Assembly: GCA_031316235.1 (NCBI GenBank)
Contig: JALDRA010000001.1
Location: 960,001-992,000, forward strand
DNA length: 32,000 nt
Reading direction: 5' to 3'
Source of the DNA: Candidatus Scalindua sp.
GTDB lineage: Bacteria; Planctomycetota; Brocadiia; Brocadiales; Scalinduaceae
A program made the position numbers and the translations under genes. A model generated the notes under the pieces. The model saw only the letters and a program-made list of their open reading frames with translations, ran no database searches and was not told the DNA's origin. Every line of letters begins with the position of its first letter. Within the stretch, counting starts at the first letter, position 1. Shown here piece by piece: positions 9,334-18,345 of this stretch.

Positions 9334-10854
9334 TCACTTCAGTGTAATACGATTCTCATTTTTGTCAAAATAATGAATCGCAATTTCACCAACTTTGTAA
9401 CTCGCATCACACCTGATAATAATATCTTTTGCAAACTTGTCTTCAAGTTCAAGAATTTGCCTTCTTTTCAGATTCAGCAGATATTCTGTTACCTTCACAC
9501 TGGCAACAATCTCTATCTTCTTTACCTGCACATTGTTAATGGCTGATTTTATCTGCCTCATCAAATCAAGACACGAACTTTCGATTGTCTTCGACTCACC
9601 GGTACCCTCACAATACCTGCATCTTTCATAAATCACCGCTTTGAGACTCGGCCTGATTCGCTGGCGTGTCATCTCAATAATACCAAATTTGGATATTTTG
9701 AGAATTTTTGTTCTTGCCCGATCCCGTTTCAAGGCTAACTCTGCCACTTTTTCTATTGATCTTATATTCCGTTCATCCTTCATATCTATAAAATCAATAA
9801 TTATGACTCCACCCATATCCCGTAACCTGATTTGTCGTGCAATTTCTTTTGCAGCCTTCAGGTTAGTCTTAAATGAAGTTCTTTCCGGGTCATTTTCTTC
9901 CCTGTATTTACCACTATTAACATCAATGGCTACCAAGGCTTCGGTTTGTTCGATCACAATCGAACCGCCTCTGGGGAGGCGTACTTCTTTTTTATGTATC
10001 TTTTCTATCTCTTTTTCAATCTTGTATTTGTGAAACAGAGGTTCAGCCTCATTATAAAAACGTAATTTTTTTACACTCCGTGGCATTATTAATCGCAGAA
10101 AGTATCTTATCTTCTTATATACCGCCTCAGAGTCAATAACTATCTCATCAATGTCTGTGGTAAATATATCTCGAATAGTACGAATTACTAAATCACTTTC
10201 CTGATATATAGGGGATGGAGATGTGGCCTTTTCACTTTTGGCGTCTATGACCTTCCACAGTTTCTGAAGATAATTAAGATCCCTGGAGAGTTCGCGTTTT
10301 GTCTGGTTTTCCCCGGCAGTTCTCACAATAAAACCCAGATGGGGAGGTGGTTTTAATTCATCAATTATCTGCTTGAGCCTTTTTCTTTCTGCCTCATCTA
10401 GTATTTTTCTGGAGACCCCGACCCGTTTTACATCCGGCATCAATACCAGAAACCTTCCTGGTATACTGCTGAATGTCGTTAAACTGGGTCCTTTGTCACC
10501 TATCCCTTCCTTGATAACCTGGACCAGCACTTCTTGATTGAGCTTTAGTAATGATTTAATACCTGCCCTGTTTTCCTTCGTTTTTGGAACACCTTCACCA
10601 TTGACCTGATCACCATTGTTGGATGGGGATTTGACATCTGAAACATGAAGGAATCCATTCTTGGCCAACCCTATATCAACAAAGGCCGCCTCAATACTTT
10701 GCTCAATGTTAACTATCCGGCCTTTATATATATTCCCGGCAATCTGTTCACGTGAAATCCTTTCGATATAGAGTTCTTCCACAACTCCGTCTTCCAATAT
10801 TGCAATCCTGCTCTCCTCAGGCTCAACTACATTTACCAGCATTTTCTTTTTCAT
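9334..10854 (-). CDS. rng: Rne/Rng-family ribonuclease (RNase G-like)
   Basis: N-terminal S1 domain (IAGNIYKGRIVNIEQSIEAAFVDIGLAKNGFLHVSDV). Catalytic core GGSIVIEQTEALVAIDVNSG and GGVIIIDFIDM. Confidence 0.9.
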   Translation of the reverse strand: MKKKMLVNVVEPEESRIAILEDGVVEELYIERISREQIAGNIYKGRIVNIEQSIEAAFVDIGLAKNGFLHVSDVKSPSNNGDQVNGEGVPKTKENRAGIKSLLKLNQEVLVQVIKEGIGDKGPSLTTFSSIPGRFLVLMPDVKRVGVSRKILDEAERKRLKQIIDELKPPPHLGFIVRTAGENQTKRELSRDLNYLQKLWKVIDAKSEKATSPSPIYQESDLVIRTIRDIFTTDIDEIVIDSEAVYKKIRYFLRLIMPRSVKKLRFYNEAEPLFHKYKIEKEIEKIHKKEVRLPRGGSIVIEQTEALVAIDVNSGKYREENDPERTSFKTNLKAAKEIARQIRLRDMGGVIIIDFIDMKDERNIRSIEKVAELALKRDRARTKILKISKFGIIEMTRQRIRPSLKAVIYERCRYCEGTGESKTIESSCLDLMRQIKSAINNVQVKKIEIVASVKVTEYLLNLKRRQILELEDKFAKDIIIRCDASYKVGEIAIHYFDKNENRITLK

Positions 10855-10881
10855 TATCTTCCTTTTATGTTCATAAACAAT

Positions 10882-11508
10882 TTACTCTTTTGAGGAAGAT
10901 AGATTCACTCTCGTTCTCACCATGTCGGTCAGATCATAGTCTTTGCCAACTTTTAGTCCCAGGCATGATAGTACCTCTTCTGGTCGAGCCATTCCCTTCG
11001 GTGTCATCTTCAAATCCAAAACGACAGATTCTGAATCAAGAGTCACGTTCATGATCGAAGGTCTTATGTCAAACAACAGCTTTTTCCCCACCCTGCGAGT
11101 ATTTATCACGTCGCTGGATAGAAATTCCTTAATTTTTTCCATCTCAGGTACTTTCCCTTTTTTCAGTTTTATCAAATATGTGATATCTGATACCGAAGAG
11201 TTTTGCTGGTTTGAGACTGACGCTACAGAAACAATCTGTATACCTTCAGGGAGTTGATCTTTCAATCTGGACTCGACTTCACTGACCTGCATATATTCAG
11301 AAAGAACTATCCCTAATTTCTCGTCAATCCCCTCAACACCAACCGGTAAAGCCAAAGGAAAGATAATCTTTAGTCTGGGATTAAAACCTTCAGACATTTT
11401 TACTGGAATCTCTGCCCTGCGTATTGCCCTTTCAAAAAGTTTCATTAAGTTATGATGAGATATGAATCTTAAACTTCCCTGTTTTTTGAATCTTATGTGA
11501 ATTCTCAA
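10882..11508 (-). CDS. DUF2344/TIGR03936-type protein (radical-SAM-associated family, often next to rng)
   Basis: MRIHIRFKKQGSLRFISHHNLMKLFERAIRRAEIPVKMSEGFNPRLKIIFPLALPVGVEG matches my recollection of this family's N-terminus. Adjacency to rng is its typical context. Confidence 0.75.
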   Translation of the reverse strand: MRIHIRFKKQGSLRFISHHNLMKLFERAIRRAEIPVKMSEGFNPRLKIIFPLALPVGVEGIDEKLGIVLSEYMQVSEVESRLKDQLPEGIQIVSVASVSNQQNSSVSDITYLIKLKKGKVPEMEKIKEFLSSDVINTRRVGKKLLFDIRPSIMNVTLDSESVVLDLKMTPKGMARPEEVLSCLGLKVGKDYDLTDMVRTRVNLSSSKE

Positions 11509-11549
11509 TAGTAAAACAAAAACTTATTCTTACAAAAAAATATAAACTC

Positions 11550-13580
11550 TTAAAATATTTCAGGTATAATTTCCCGTGCGATATTGCGAAGGTATAGTGT
11601 TGTCTTATCTGCATCGTCAAATGAACAGACTGTGTCAGCAATTTCCTTGGCCCTCTTATAAGTGACAGACCTGATTATCTTTTTGACTTCAGGAATAATC
11701 ATAGCGGGTGCGACACTGAATTCTCTCAGACCAAGACCTAACAATAATATCGTATACTCAATTTGACCTCCCATTTCACCACATATCCCGACTTTTATAT
11801 TATGATCATCTGCAACCTTAATGACATGTTTTAATGATCTTATGATAGCTGGATGAGCAGGAGAAAAAAGATGTGCCACCTTTTCATTATTTCTATCTAT
11901 TGCTAATGTATATTGGATAAGGTCATTTGTACCAATACTGAAGAAATCCACTTCCTTCGCGAAAATGTCTGCCAGCATAACAGCAGAAGGAACCTCAATC
12001 ATAATTCCAATTTCTATGTTTTCATCATAAGCTATTCCTTCACTCTTCAGCTCGTCCATCACTTCCCTTACCAAAACTTTTACTTTCCGCAACTCTTGCA
12101 AGTTCGAAATTAAAGGGAGCAAAATTTTTACATTTCCAAGAGCTGATGACCTTAAGATCGCACGCAGCTGTAATTTAAAAAGACTCAAGTGTTCCAGGCA
12201 ATAGCGGATCGAACGACAACCGAGGAAAGGATTGGCCTCTTTGTTGTTTTCTGATGGAACAATCTTGTCTCCTCCAAGATCAACTGTCCTGATGATTATG
12301 GGTTTTCCTTTCAACTCCTCAACAGATTTTTTATACGCAACAAAATGCTCCTCTTCTGTGGGAACATTCTTCGAACCAAGGTATAAAAACTCTGTCCGGT
12401 ATAAACCTATCCCTGATGCCCCATGACTCAAACTCGCACCAATCTCACGGGGGAAATCAATATTCCCCAGAATCTTAATCTCCCTTCCATCTGGTGTCAC
12501 TGCAGGGAGATCTTTCAATTCAGAGACAAGCTTTTCCTCAAATATATGAAATTTCTTCTCAATAGACTCATACTCATTCAGGGTTTTTTCGTCAGGCCTG
12601 ATTATTACCACACCCCGGTTGCCATCTAAAACTATCAGGTCCCCATCAAAGACCTCTACAGTAGCAGTGCCTAACCCAACTACAGCCGGGATTCCCAATG
12701 CCCTGGCCACAATTGCAGAATGTGAAGTCCTCCCCCCCATATCAGTGACAAAACCCTTTACTTTTGATGTATCCAGAGATGCGGTTTGAGATGGACTGAG
12801 ATCATGAGCGACAACGATAACTTCCTTGGTTAGATTTTCCAGCTCTTCTCTCTTTTCTCCTAACAAATTCCTTAAAAGTCTTTTTTCGATATCAAAAATA
12901 TCCCCTACACGGGCAGAAAGATATGGATCATCAATGTCTTGAAATTTCCGAACATATACGCGCAATGACAATGAAACAGAGTACTCAGCACTGAATTTGT
13001 TTTTCTCAATCCTCTCTACGAATTCCCTCCTGAGTTTACTGTCTTCCAACATTAATCTATGGGTCGCGAAGATTGTTCCGATTTGAGAACCTAGTCTTTT
13101 TGAAATATTGCCCTCTAATTCATTAATCTCGTCCATGGCAGACTTTATTGCGTCCGCCAGCCTTGCAAGCTCTACCGGCACTTCATCTTCTTTGATCAGG
13201 TGACGTGGTATCCGATACCCTTCAGTTTCCAAAAGGAAAGCCTCTTTAATGACAACACCAGGGGCAACAGCAATCCCTTTTCTTATTTCCATCATATCCT
13301 CATAAAACCTATCGCTGATAAGCCCCTCTAATGCGTCCAAGGCGTCTTCTCTATCAACACCTTCAGCACTTACTATTAATTCAGTACCTCTTTTAGCTCC
13401 TAACGTTAAAAGGTCCATAATACTTTTACCGCTAACCTTCTCTTTGTCTTTGACGCTCACGAATATTTCTGATCTGAATTTATTAGCTATTTCTGCAAAT
13501 TGTGTTGCAGGCCTGGCATGGAGGCCATTGACATTGGGGATCTTTATCCTCCGCTCTAGAAATACTTGATCTCTGGACAA
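11550..13580 (-). CDS. ptsI: HPr domain fused to PTS enzyme I (PEP-protein phosphotransferase)
   Basis: Residues ~10-95 form an HPr domain (NGLHARPATQF active His, GKSIMDLL Ser site). The rest is EI (GGRTSHSAIVARALGIPAVVG active His, C-terminal PEP-utilizer domain). Confidence 0.9.
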   Translation of the reverse strand: MSRDQVFLERRIKIPNVNGLHARPATQFAEIANKFRSEIFVSVKDKEKVSGKSIMDLLTLGAKRGTELIVSAEGVDREDALDALEGLISDRFYEDMMEIRKGIAVAPGVVIKEAFLLETEGYRIPRHLIKEDEVPVELARLADAIKSAMDEINELEGNISKRLGSQIGTIFATHRLMLEDSKLRREFVERIEKNKFSAEYSVSLSLRVYVRKFQDIDDPYLSARVGDIFDIEKRLLRNLLGEKREELENLTKEVIVVAHDLSPSQTASLDTSKVKGFVTDMGGRTSHSAIVARALGIPAVVGLGTATVEVFDGDLIVLDGNRGVVIIRPDEKTLNEYESIEKKFHIFEEKLVSELKDLPAVTPDGREIKILGNIDFPREIGASLSHGASGIGLYRTEFLYLGSKNVPTEEEHFVAYKKSVEELKGKPIIIRTVDLGGDKIVPSENNKEANPFLGCRSIRYCLEHLSLFKLQLRAILRSSALGNVKILLPLISNLQELRKVKVLVREVMDELKSEGIAYDENIEIGIMIEVPSAVMLADIFAKEVDFFSIGTNDLIQYTLAIDRNNEKVAHLFSPAHPAIIRSLKHVIKVADDHNIKVGICGEMGGQIEYTILLLGLGLREFSVAPAMIIPEVKKIIRSVTYKRAKEIADTVCSFDDADKTTLYLRNIAREIIPEIF

Positions 13581-13597
13581 TCGGTATGTTCCTCTCT

Positions 13598-14074
13598 CTA
13601 AGTTTTTACTTCATCAACTTCTTTTAAGATACCAACAATCTCTGATTTGTCCGAAGCCTGTTTAATAAAATTGCGAAAATCGGGATTTCTAATCGCCATG
13701 GAAATCTTTTCCAATGCAGAAAGATGTAAATCTGTTGAGTCGTGAGGAGAAATCAACAAAAAAAAGAGATAGACAGGTTCTCCATCAAGTGCATCAAACT
13801 CCACACCCTTCAGAGAACGGGCAAATGCTCCCGTTATCTTGGTTACACATTTATGCTTCGTATGTGGAACAGCTACACCTTTCCCTATTCCCGTGCTACC
13901 AACCTTTTCCCTTCGCAAAAGGGCATCCATAACATCGTTGATGTCGCTCTCATCAATCTTTTTTAAATTACACAATACCTCAACCATCTCCCGTATAACA
14001 GACTCCTTATCGGTAGACTTTAAATCTCCTAAAATAGTATCCTCTTCTATAAAATCAATTAGTTTCATAAGCAA
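13598..14074 (-). CDS. ptsN: PTS EIIA(Ntr)-type regulatory protein
   Basis: 158 aa. GIGKGVAVPHTKH is the EIIA type-2 phospho-His motif. It lies between hpf and HPr-EI. Confidence 0.85.
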   Translation of the reverse strand: MLMKLIDFIEEDTILGDLKSTDKESVIREMVEVLCNLKKIDESDINDVMDALLRREKVGSTGIGKGVAVPHTKHKCVTKITGAFARSLKGVEFDALDGEPVYLFFLLISPHDSTDLHLSALEKISMAIRNPDFRNFIKQASDKSEIVGILKEVDEVKT

Positions 14075-14153
14075 CCCTTGCGATTAAACATGACAGTAAC
14101 TAAAAATAAAAGTAATCTGACACACTGAAGAAGCAATAAAACAGATACAGTAT

Positions 14154-14268
14154 GTATACTAAAACCGATTTGGTTTTCGGTTTTTCTGAAAACTAAATCT
14201 TGGTTGCAGTTATACTCGCTCCGTTTTTTCTCGGATTTTATCCGAAAACCATTATGAAATGAGTATAA
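14154..14268 (-). repeat. Family A repeat, copy A3 (short form)
   Basis: The reverse complement reads tatactcatttcataatggttttcggataaaatccgagaaaaaacggagcgagtataactgcaaccaagatttagttttcagaaaaaccgaaaaccaaatcggttttagtatac. It lies between the hpf stop and the ptsN start. Confidence 0.8.
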
Positions 14269-14292
14269 CTCTCTACAGTATGCATTGCTAGC

Positions 14293-14634
14293 CTAAGTTT
14301 CTTCATCTTTTTTAATTCTATGCTGTTTCATTTTCTCTCTTAACCGGATAAATTGTTTTTCAAGTTTGTCCATTACCAAATCTATGGCGGCATACATGTC
14401 AAGATTTGATGCCTCAGCAACAAGAACAACTCCCTTAACAGTACATACTGATTCCACGATATGGTTTTGACCCTCTATTTTCAAGGTAAATTGCACCTTA
14501 TTAATCTTTTCATGATATTTTGTCAGCTTTGAAGCCTTTTTTTTTACATAATTCTCAATGGCTTCTGTGATATCTAAATGCCTGCCATGTATAATAGTTT
14601 CCAAATCTGTAATCCTTTCTTTTTGTAAAGTCAC
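14293..14634 (-). CDS. hpf: ribosome hibernation promoting factor (HPF/RaiA family)
   Basis: IHGRHLDITEAIENYVKKKASKLTKYHEKI...AEASNLDMYAAIDLVMDKLEKQ is the HPF fold pattern. The track start is the GTG at 14634. A TTG at 14604, preceded by AAAGGA, gives a more typical N-terminus. Confidence 0.85.
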   Translation of the reverse strand: MTLQKERITDLETIIHGRHLDITEAIENYVKKKASKLTKYHEKINKVQFTLKIEGQNHIVESVCTVKGVVLVAEASNLDMYAAIDLVMDKLEKQFIRLREKMKQHRIKKDEET

Positions 14635-14794
14635 TCAAACTGGTTAAATTTTATACATATCAGAAGAAAAACGCGTTTGATAATACTTTTTTTCATTACT
14701 TTAGTCAAGCGATTAATAACTTTTACCACGGCAATCAAATTGAAAGGAACGTCCTGAGAATAGAAAGGTTACTCAGTTCTTTACCAAACAGCAC

Positions 14795-15568
14795 TCATAA
14801 TTTTGCTCGTGCCAGTGCGATGAAAAACACTTTCTCAGCACCCGCTTTTTCCAGGGTTCTGGCACATTCTGAAGCCGTTGTACCCGTTGTTAATACATCA
14901 TCAATCAAGAGTATCTGTTTTCGGGAAAACAGCTCTGGTTTTCGAACCTTAAATGCTCCGAAAACGTTCTCAGCGCGTTCTGTTCGCGATAATTGGGTTT
15001 GTGATAACGTATTCTTGCAATATGATAAATTATCTACAGAAATCGGGACCAGTAACTTCCTGGAAATCCTTTTAGCGAATAATTCCGACTGATTAAAACC
15101 CCTCCTCAACTTCTTCCTCCAATGGAGAGGGACTGGTACAATCACATCTATCTCAGAGATGATGCCTTCGTTCAGCAACTGATTAACTAATAAATCCGCC
15201 AGTGGTTTTGCCAAAAATTCATGTTTATGATATTTATAATGAATAATTAATTCTTTCAGTGGACCAGTATACCCTGAAACAAAAAACCCTCTTTCAAATC
15301 TTAAATTCATTTTTATACACTCGGGACATCCCTTATCAGAAGAACGTACCCCCAACCCTAGTTCCAATCCGCACTTATAACACCTCCTTACTCCTTTTTC
15401 CTCTATACTTTCAAGACACATGCGGCAGATATGCACCCCCTCTTCTTCCGAGAAACTTTTATTACAGCCGAGACAGATTCTCGGATATAAAAGATCCAGC
15501 AAACCAGCGAAGGTATTGTGTAATACTTTTAAAGCGAACACTTTATTTACTTGATACCAGTTTGACAT
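14795..15568 (-). CDS. comF: ComF-family protein (phosphoribosyltransferase domain with N-terminal Cys-rich zinc ribbon)
   Basis: N-terminal CxxC pairs (CLGC, CRMC, CYKC, CPEC). C-terminal PRTase motif ILLIDDVLTTGTT. Confidence 0.85.
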   Translation of the reverse strand: MSNWYQVNKVFALKVLHNTFAGLLDLLYPRICLGCNKSFSEEEGVHICRMCLESIEEKGVRRCYKCGLELGLGVRSSDKGCPECIKMNLRFERGFFVSGYTGPLKELIIHYKYHKHEFLAKPLADLLVNQLLNEGIISEIDVIVPVPLHWRKKLRRGFNQSELFAKRISRKLLVPISVDNLSYCKNTLSQTQLSRTERAENVFGAFKVRKPELFSRKQILLIDDVLTTGTTASECARTLEKAGAEKVFFIALARAKL

Positions 15569-15579
15569 AATTTTATAAT
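15551..15579 (+). promoter_or_regulatory. Putative sigma70-type promoter facing the TPR lipoprotein gene
   Basis: TTGATA (15551-15556), a 17-nt spacer, then a perfect TATAAT (15574-15579). It overlaps the first codons of divergent comF and would give a leader of about 200 nt. Confidence 0.4.
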
Positions 15580-15792
15580 ACAGAGAAAAACAGGTATATC
15601 TTCAGCAGCTCGTCCCTGAAATCCCCCTGTGAAAAAAGGAGGGGGGAGGTGTCTAACGGACACTTTTCAGATAGAGATTTTGATACATTTGCCCCCGGTT
15701 ACGGCAGGAAACCAGGATAACCGGCAGGGTGTTGCCAAAGGGTAAAAATTAAAACTACCCCGTTTTTCTTTACCTTATTTTACCTGCGTACA

Positions 15793-16662
15793 ATGCAATT
15801 ATTCAGCAGATTTTCACGAACAACTCTCATTTTCTTATTTATTTTCTGTTCCTTTCCTGGTTGCTCAGGAAAAGATGAGGCACAGTTAAATGAACTTGGT
15901 ATTCATTATATCCAAAAGGGCTTATACGATAAAGCATTAACTACCCTTAAACAGATAATCAAGGTCAATCCCTCACACAGTGAAGCGCATTTTCACCTTG
16001 GCCGTGTTTATAAGAGGATGGGTTTGGAAGAGAATGCCAAAGCGGAGTACTCTCTCTCTTTCAGAATTGATCCTGAAAAATTTCATGACTATACAAAAAA
16101 ATATAAGGAGGGTGCGGACTATGAGCCTTCTGACACACAATATCTCACAGAGTTAGGAATTACTTATACCGAAAAGGCGATGTATGATGAGGCAATTACC
16201 ACATTTAAAAAGGTCCTGGAAATTGAACCGGATCATATACGGGCACATTACAATCTTGGAATGATCTATTTAAAGAAGAAAATGTACCATAAGGCCGCTG
16301 ATGAATTCAGAAATACCATACAGATTATGCCACGGATGGCAGAAGCACATTACAATCTCGGCCTGGTCTATCAGAAGCGGGGATTGCTTGATAATGCCAT
16401 ATCAGAGTTCGAATTAACACTGGATCTTCTCCCTGAGACAACAGGCAGGAAAAAAGCAGGTGTACATTACAAGCTGGGATCGGCATATTATGAAATCGGC
16501 AAGCATGACGAGGCAGTAGAGGAATTGAAGAAGGCGATCGATATCTCACCAAACCTGGCAGCAGCTCATCAACGGTTGAGCATGGTATATAAAAGTGCCG
16601 GCAGAATTCAAGAAGCGGAAAAGGAGTTAACTCTCTATAAGAACTTGAAGAGACTGAAATAA
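15793..16662 (+). CDS. TPR-repeat lipoprotein
   Basis: Signal peptide with lipobox (LFIFCSFPGC). Multiple TPR units (AHFHLGRVYKRMG, AHYNLGMIYLKK, AHYNLGLVYQKRG, AAHQRLSMVY). Confidence 0.75.
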   Translation: MQLFSRFSRTTLIFLFIFCSFPGCSGKDEAQLNELGIHYIQKGLYDKALTTLKQIIKVNPSHSEAHFHLGRVYKRMGLEENAKAEYSLSFRIDPEKFHDYTKKYKEGADYEPSDTQYLTELGITYTEKAMYDEAITTFKKVLEIEPDHIRAHYNLGMIYLKKKMYHKAADEFRNTIQIMPRMAEAHYNLGLVYQKRGLLDNAISEFELTLDLLPETTGRKKAGVHYKLGSAYYEIGKHDEAVEELKKAIDISPNLAAAHQRLSMVYKSAGRIQEAEKELTLYKNLKRLK

Positions 16663-16728
16663 ACCCACTCAATTCTGTGAACACTTATTCAACATTTACG
16701 GCAACTGATACATAGCTTGCAAAATATA

Positions 16729-17271
16729 TCAAGGCTCTTTCCTTTTATATTTTACATGGCAATCGTCACAGGTTTCTTTTACGTTTTCGAATTCTATGTT
16801 TATACTCACCATCTCCCTTGATTCAGACGCCTCTACCAATGCAAGCGTGTGAAAATGAAACCTGGTATCAAGGAGAATAAAATCCTGCGGCAATTCATCC
16901 TTCCCTTTGCCCGTAAAGAGTACGGGAGATGAGTTTTTCATCTGCATTGCAAATGTACGTATCCCATCCCAGTCTTGTCTGTCTATCGATTCCTCCAGAG
17001 ATTCGTATGAATCATCAAGAGAATTCATGTGCATCCGGAAAATCTTTTTATTTTCATACGGTAACATTGGGATCGACAGATCTTCCTCTTCAAAGCTGGA
17101 AGCTATTTCATCAGGTTTTTCAGATTTCCCGCAAGAAAGAGAGAAAAACATCCCGGCAGCAACCAGTATAATCCCACCAACCAGGAAAGATTGTCCGCAC
17201 CCGAGTTTAAAAAATGACATAAAGGGCTTTTTTCCCCCATCTGCACTATTTGATTTTGAAAGTTTTTTCAT
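16729..17271 (-). CDS. Putative c-type cytochrome lipoprotein with a single C-terminal CxxCH (class II-like)
   Basis: N-terminal hydrophobic segment with lipobox-like FSLSCG. The single heme motif CDDCH lies 8 residues from the C-terminus, the position typical of cytochrome c'/c556. The overall fold was not verified. Confidence 0.5.
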   Translation of the reverse strand: MKKLSKSNSADGGKKPFMSFFKLGCGQSFLVGGIILVAAGMFFSLSCGKSEKPDEIASSFEEEDLSIPMLPYENKKIFRMHMNSLDDSYESLEESIDRQDWDGIRTFAMQMKNSSPVLFTGKGKDELPQDFILLDTRFHFHTLALVEASESREMVSINIEFENVKETCDDCHVKYKRKEP

Positions 17272-17403
17272 ATTTGCACGTGTACCCTTAATAAATTTTC
17301 AAGGTCATCTGATTCTTCTCACACTGCTTAATTAACCCATCCCTCCTTATAACAAAAAACACGCTATTTATCCAGTGTTTAATATTATTTGATATAATTT
17401 TGC

Positions 17404-17433
17404 TTGACAAGTTATATTTTGTACGTTTACAAT
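17404..17433 (+). promoter_or_regulatory. Putative sigma70-type promoter of parA
   Basis: TTGACA (17404-17409), an 18-nt spacer, then TACAAT (17428-17433), about 60 nt upstream of the parA ATG. Confidence 0.4.
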
Positions 17434-17496
17434 CTTTGAGGTCATATATGTAATATATCTTTAATATATCAGCTTAAGCAGGCGAAAAGGGTTGTT

Positions 17497-18288
17497 ATGC
17501 GAAGCATAGCATTTATAAATCAGAAGGGGGGTGTTGGTAAGACAACCTCAACAGCGAATATAGGGGCATGTCTCGCCCTGTCAGGAAAAAAAGTACTCCT
17601 GATAGATCTTGATCCCCAGGCTAACCTGAGTTTACATTACGGTATGGATATCCATAGCAGCGGTCTGTCCATATATCAAATAATAACCGGGACAAATAAA
17701 CCTGATGAAGTTGTGAGAAAGACTCAGGATGGCCTCGATCTAATCCCTTCTAATATCGATCTTGCCAGTGCAGAGATAGAACTTGTCAATACCGTAGGGC
17801 GTGAAACCGTAATCAAGTTCAACCTTGAAAATTTTTTATACCGGTACGACTATGTTTTGATTGACTGCCCCCCGTCTTTGGGACTTCTCACACTGAATGC
17901 ACTGACTATCGTAAAAGAGATCATCATTCCTCTACAAACCGAATATTTTGCTTTGCAAGGAGTAAGTAAGCTGTTCCAAACGTTTGAGGTTATCAAGAAA
18001 CGTTTGAATGATCAACTTGAGATTACGGGTATAATCCCCTGCATGTACGATAGCAGAACAAACCTGGGACATGAAGTTCTCGATAAGATTAAAGAATATT
18101 TTGAAGAGAAGGTCTTTAATACTGCTATCAGAAAAAATATCAAACTATCAGAATCTCCGAGCCACGGTATGCCGATTATGAGATATGCCCCTGATTCCAA
18201 TGGTGCAAAAGATTATACAGCTCTGACAAAAGAGATAATTGATCAGGAAAATACCTTATTCAAAACAGCAATTCGGCAAACGGCATAG
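17497..18288 (+). CDS. parA: ParA/Soj-family ATPase
   Basis: Deviant Walker A NQKGGVGKTTS, plus LLIDLDPQANLS and VLIDCPPSLG. The length (263 aa) is typical of Soj. Confidence 0.9.
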   Translation: MRSIAFINQKGGVGKTTSTANIGACLALSGKKVLLIDLDPQANLSLHYGMDIHSSGLSIYQIITGTNKPDEVVRKTQDGLDLIPSNIDLASAEIELVNTVGRETVIKFNLENFLYRYDYVLIDCPPSLGLLTLNALTIVKEIIIPLQTEYFALQGVSKLFQTFEVIKKRLNDQLEITGIIPCMYDSRTNLGHEVLDKIKEYFEEKVFNTAIRKNIKLSESPSHGMPIMRYAPDSNGAKDYTALTKEIIDQENTLFKTAIRQTA

Positions 18289-18345
18289 ACTGCACAAGTT
18301 TCTGAAACCATTTTTTGTCTGCTTTCATAAAGAAAAGGAGGTTTT

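Noticed and set aside
17271-17290. The CACGTG-centred sequence (tttgcacgtgtac) upstream of parA as a possible parS site.
   Set aside because: Only the central hexamer matches the parS consensus tGTTTCACGTGAAACa and the arms do not. It also overlaps the start of the cytochrome gene.
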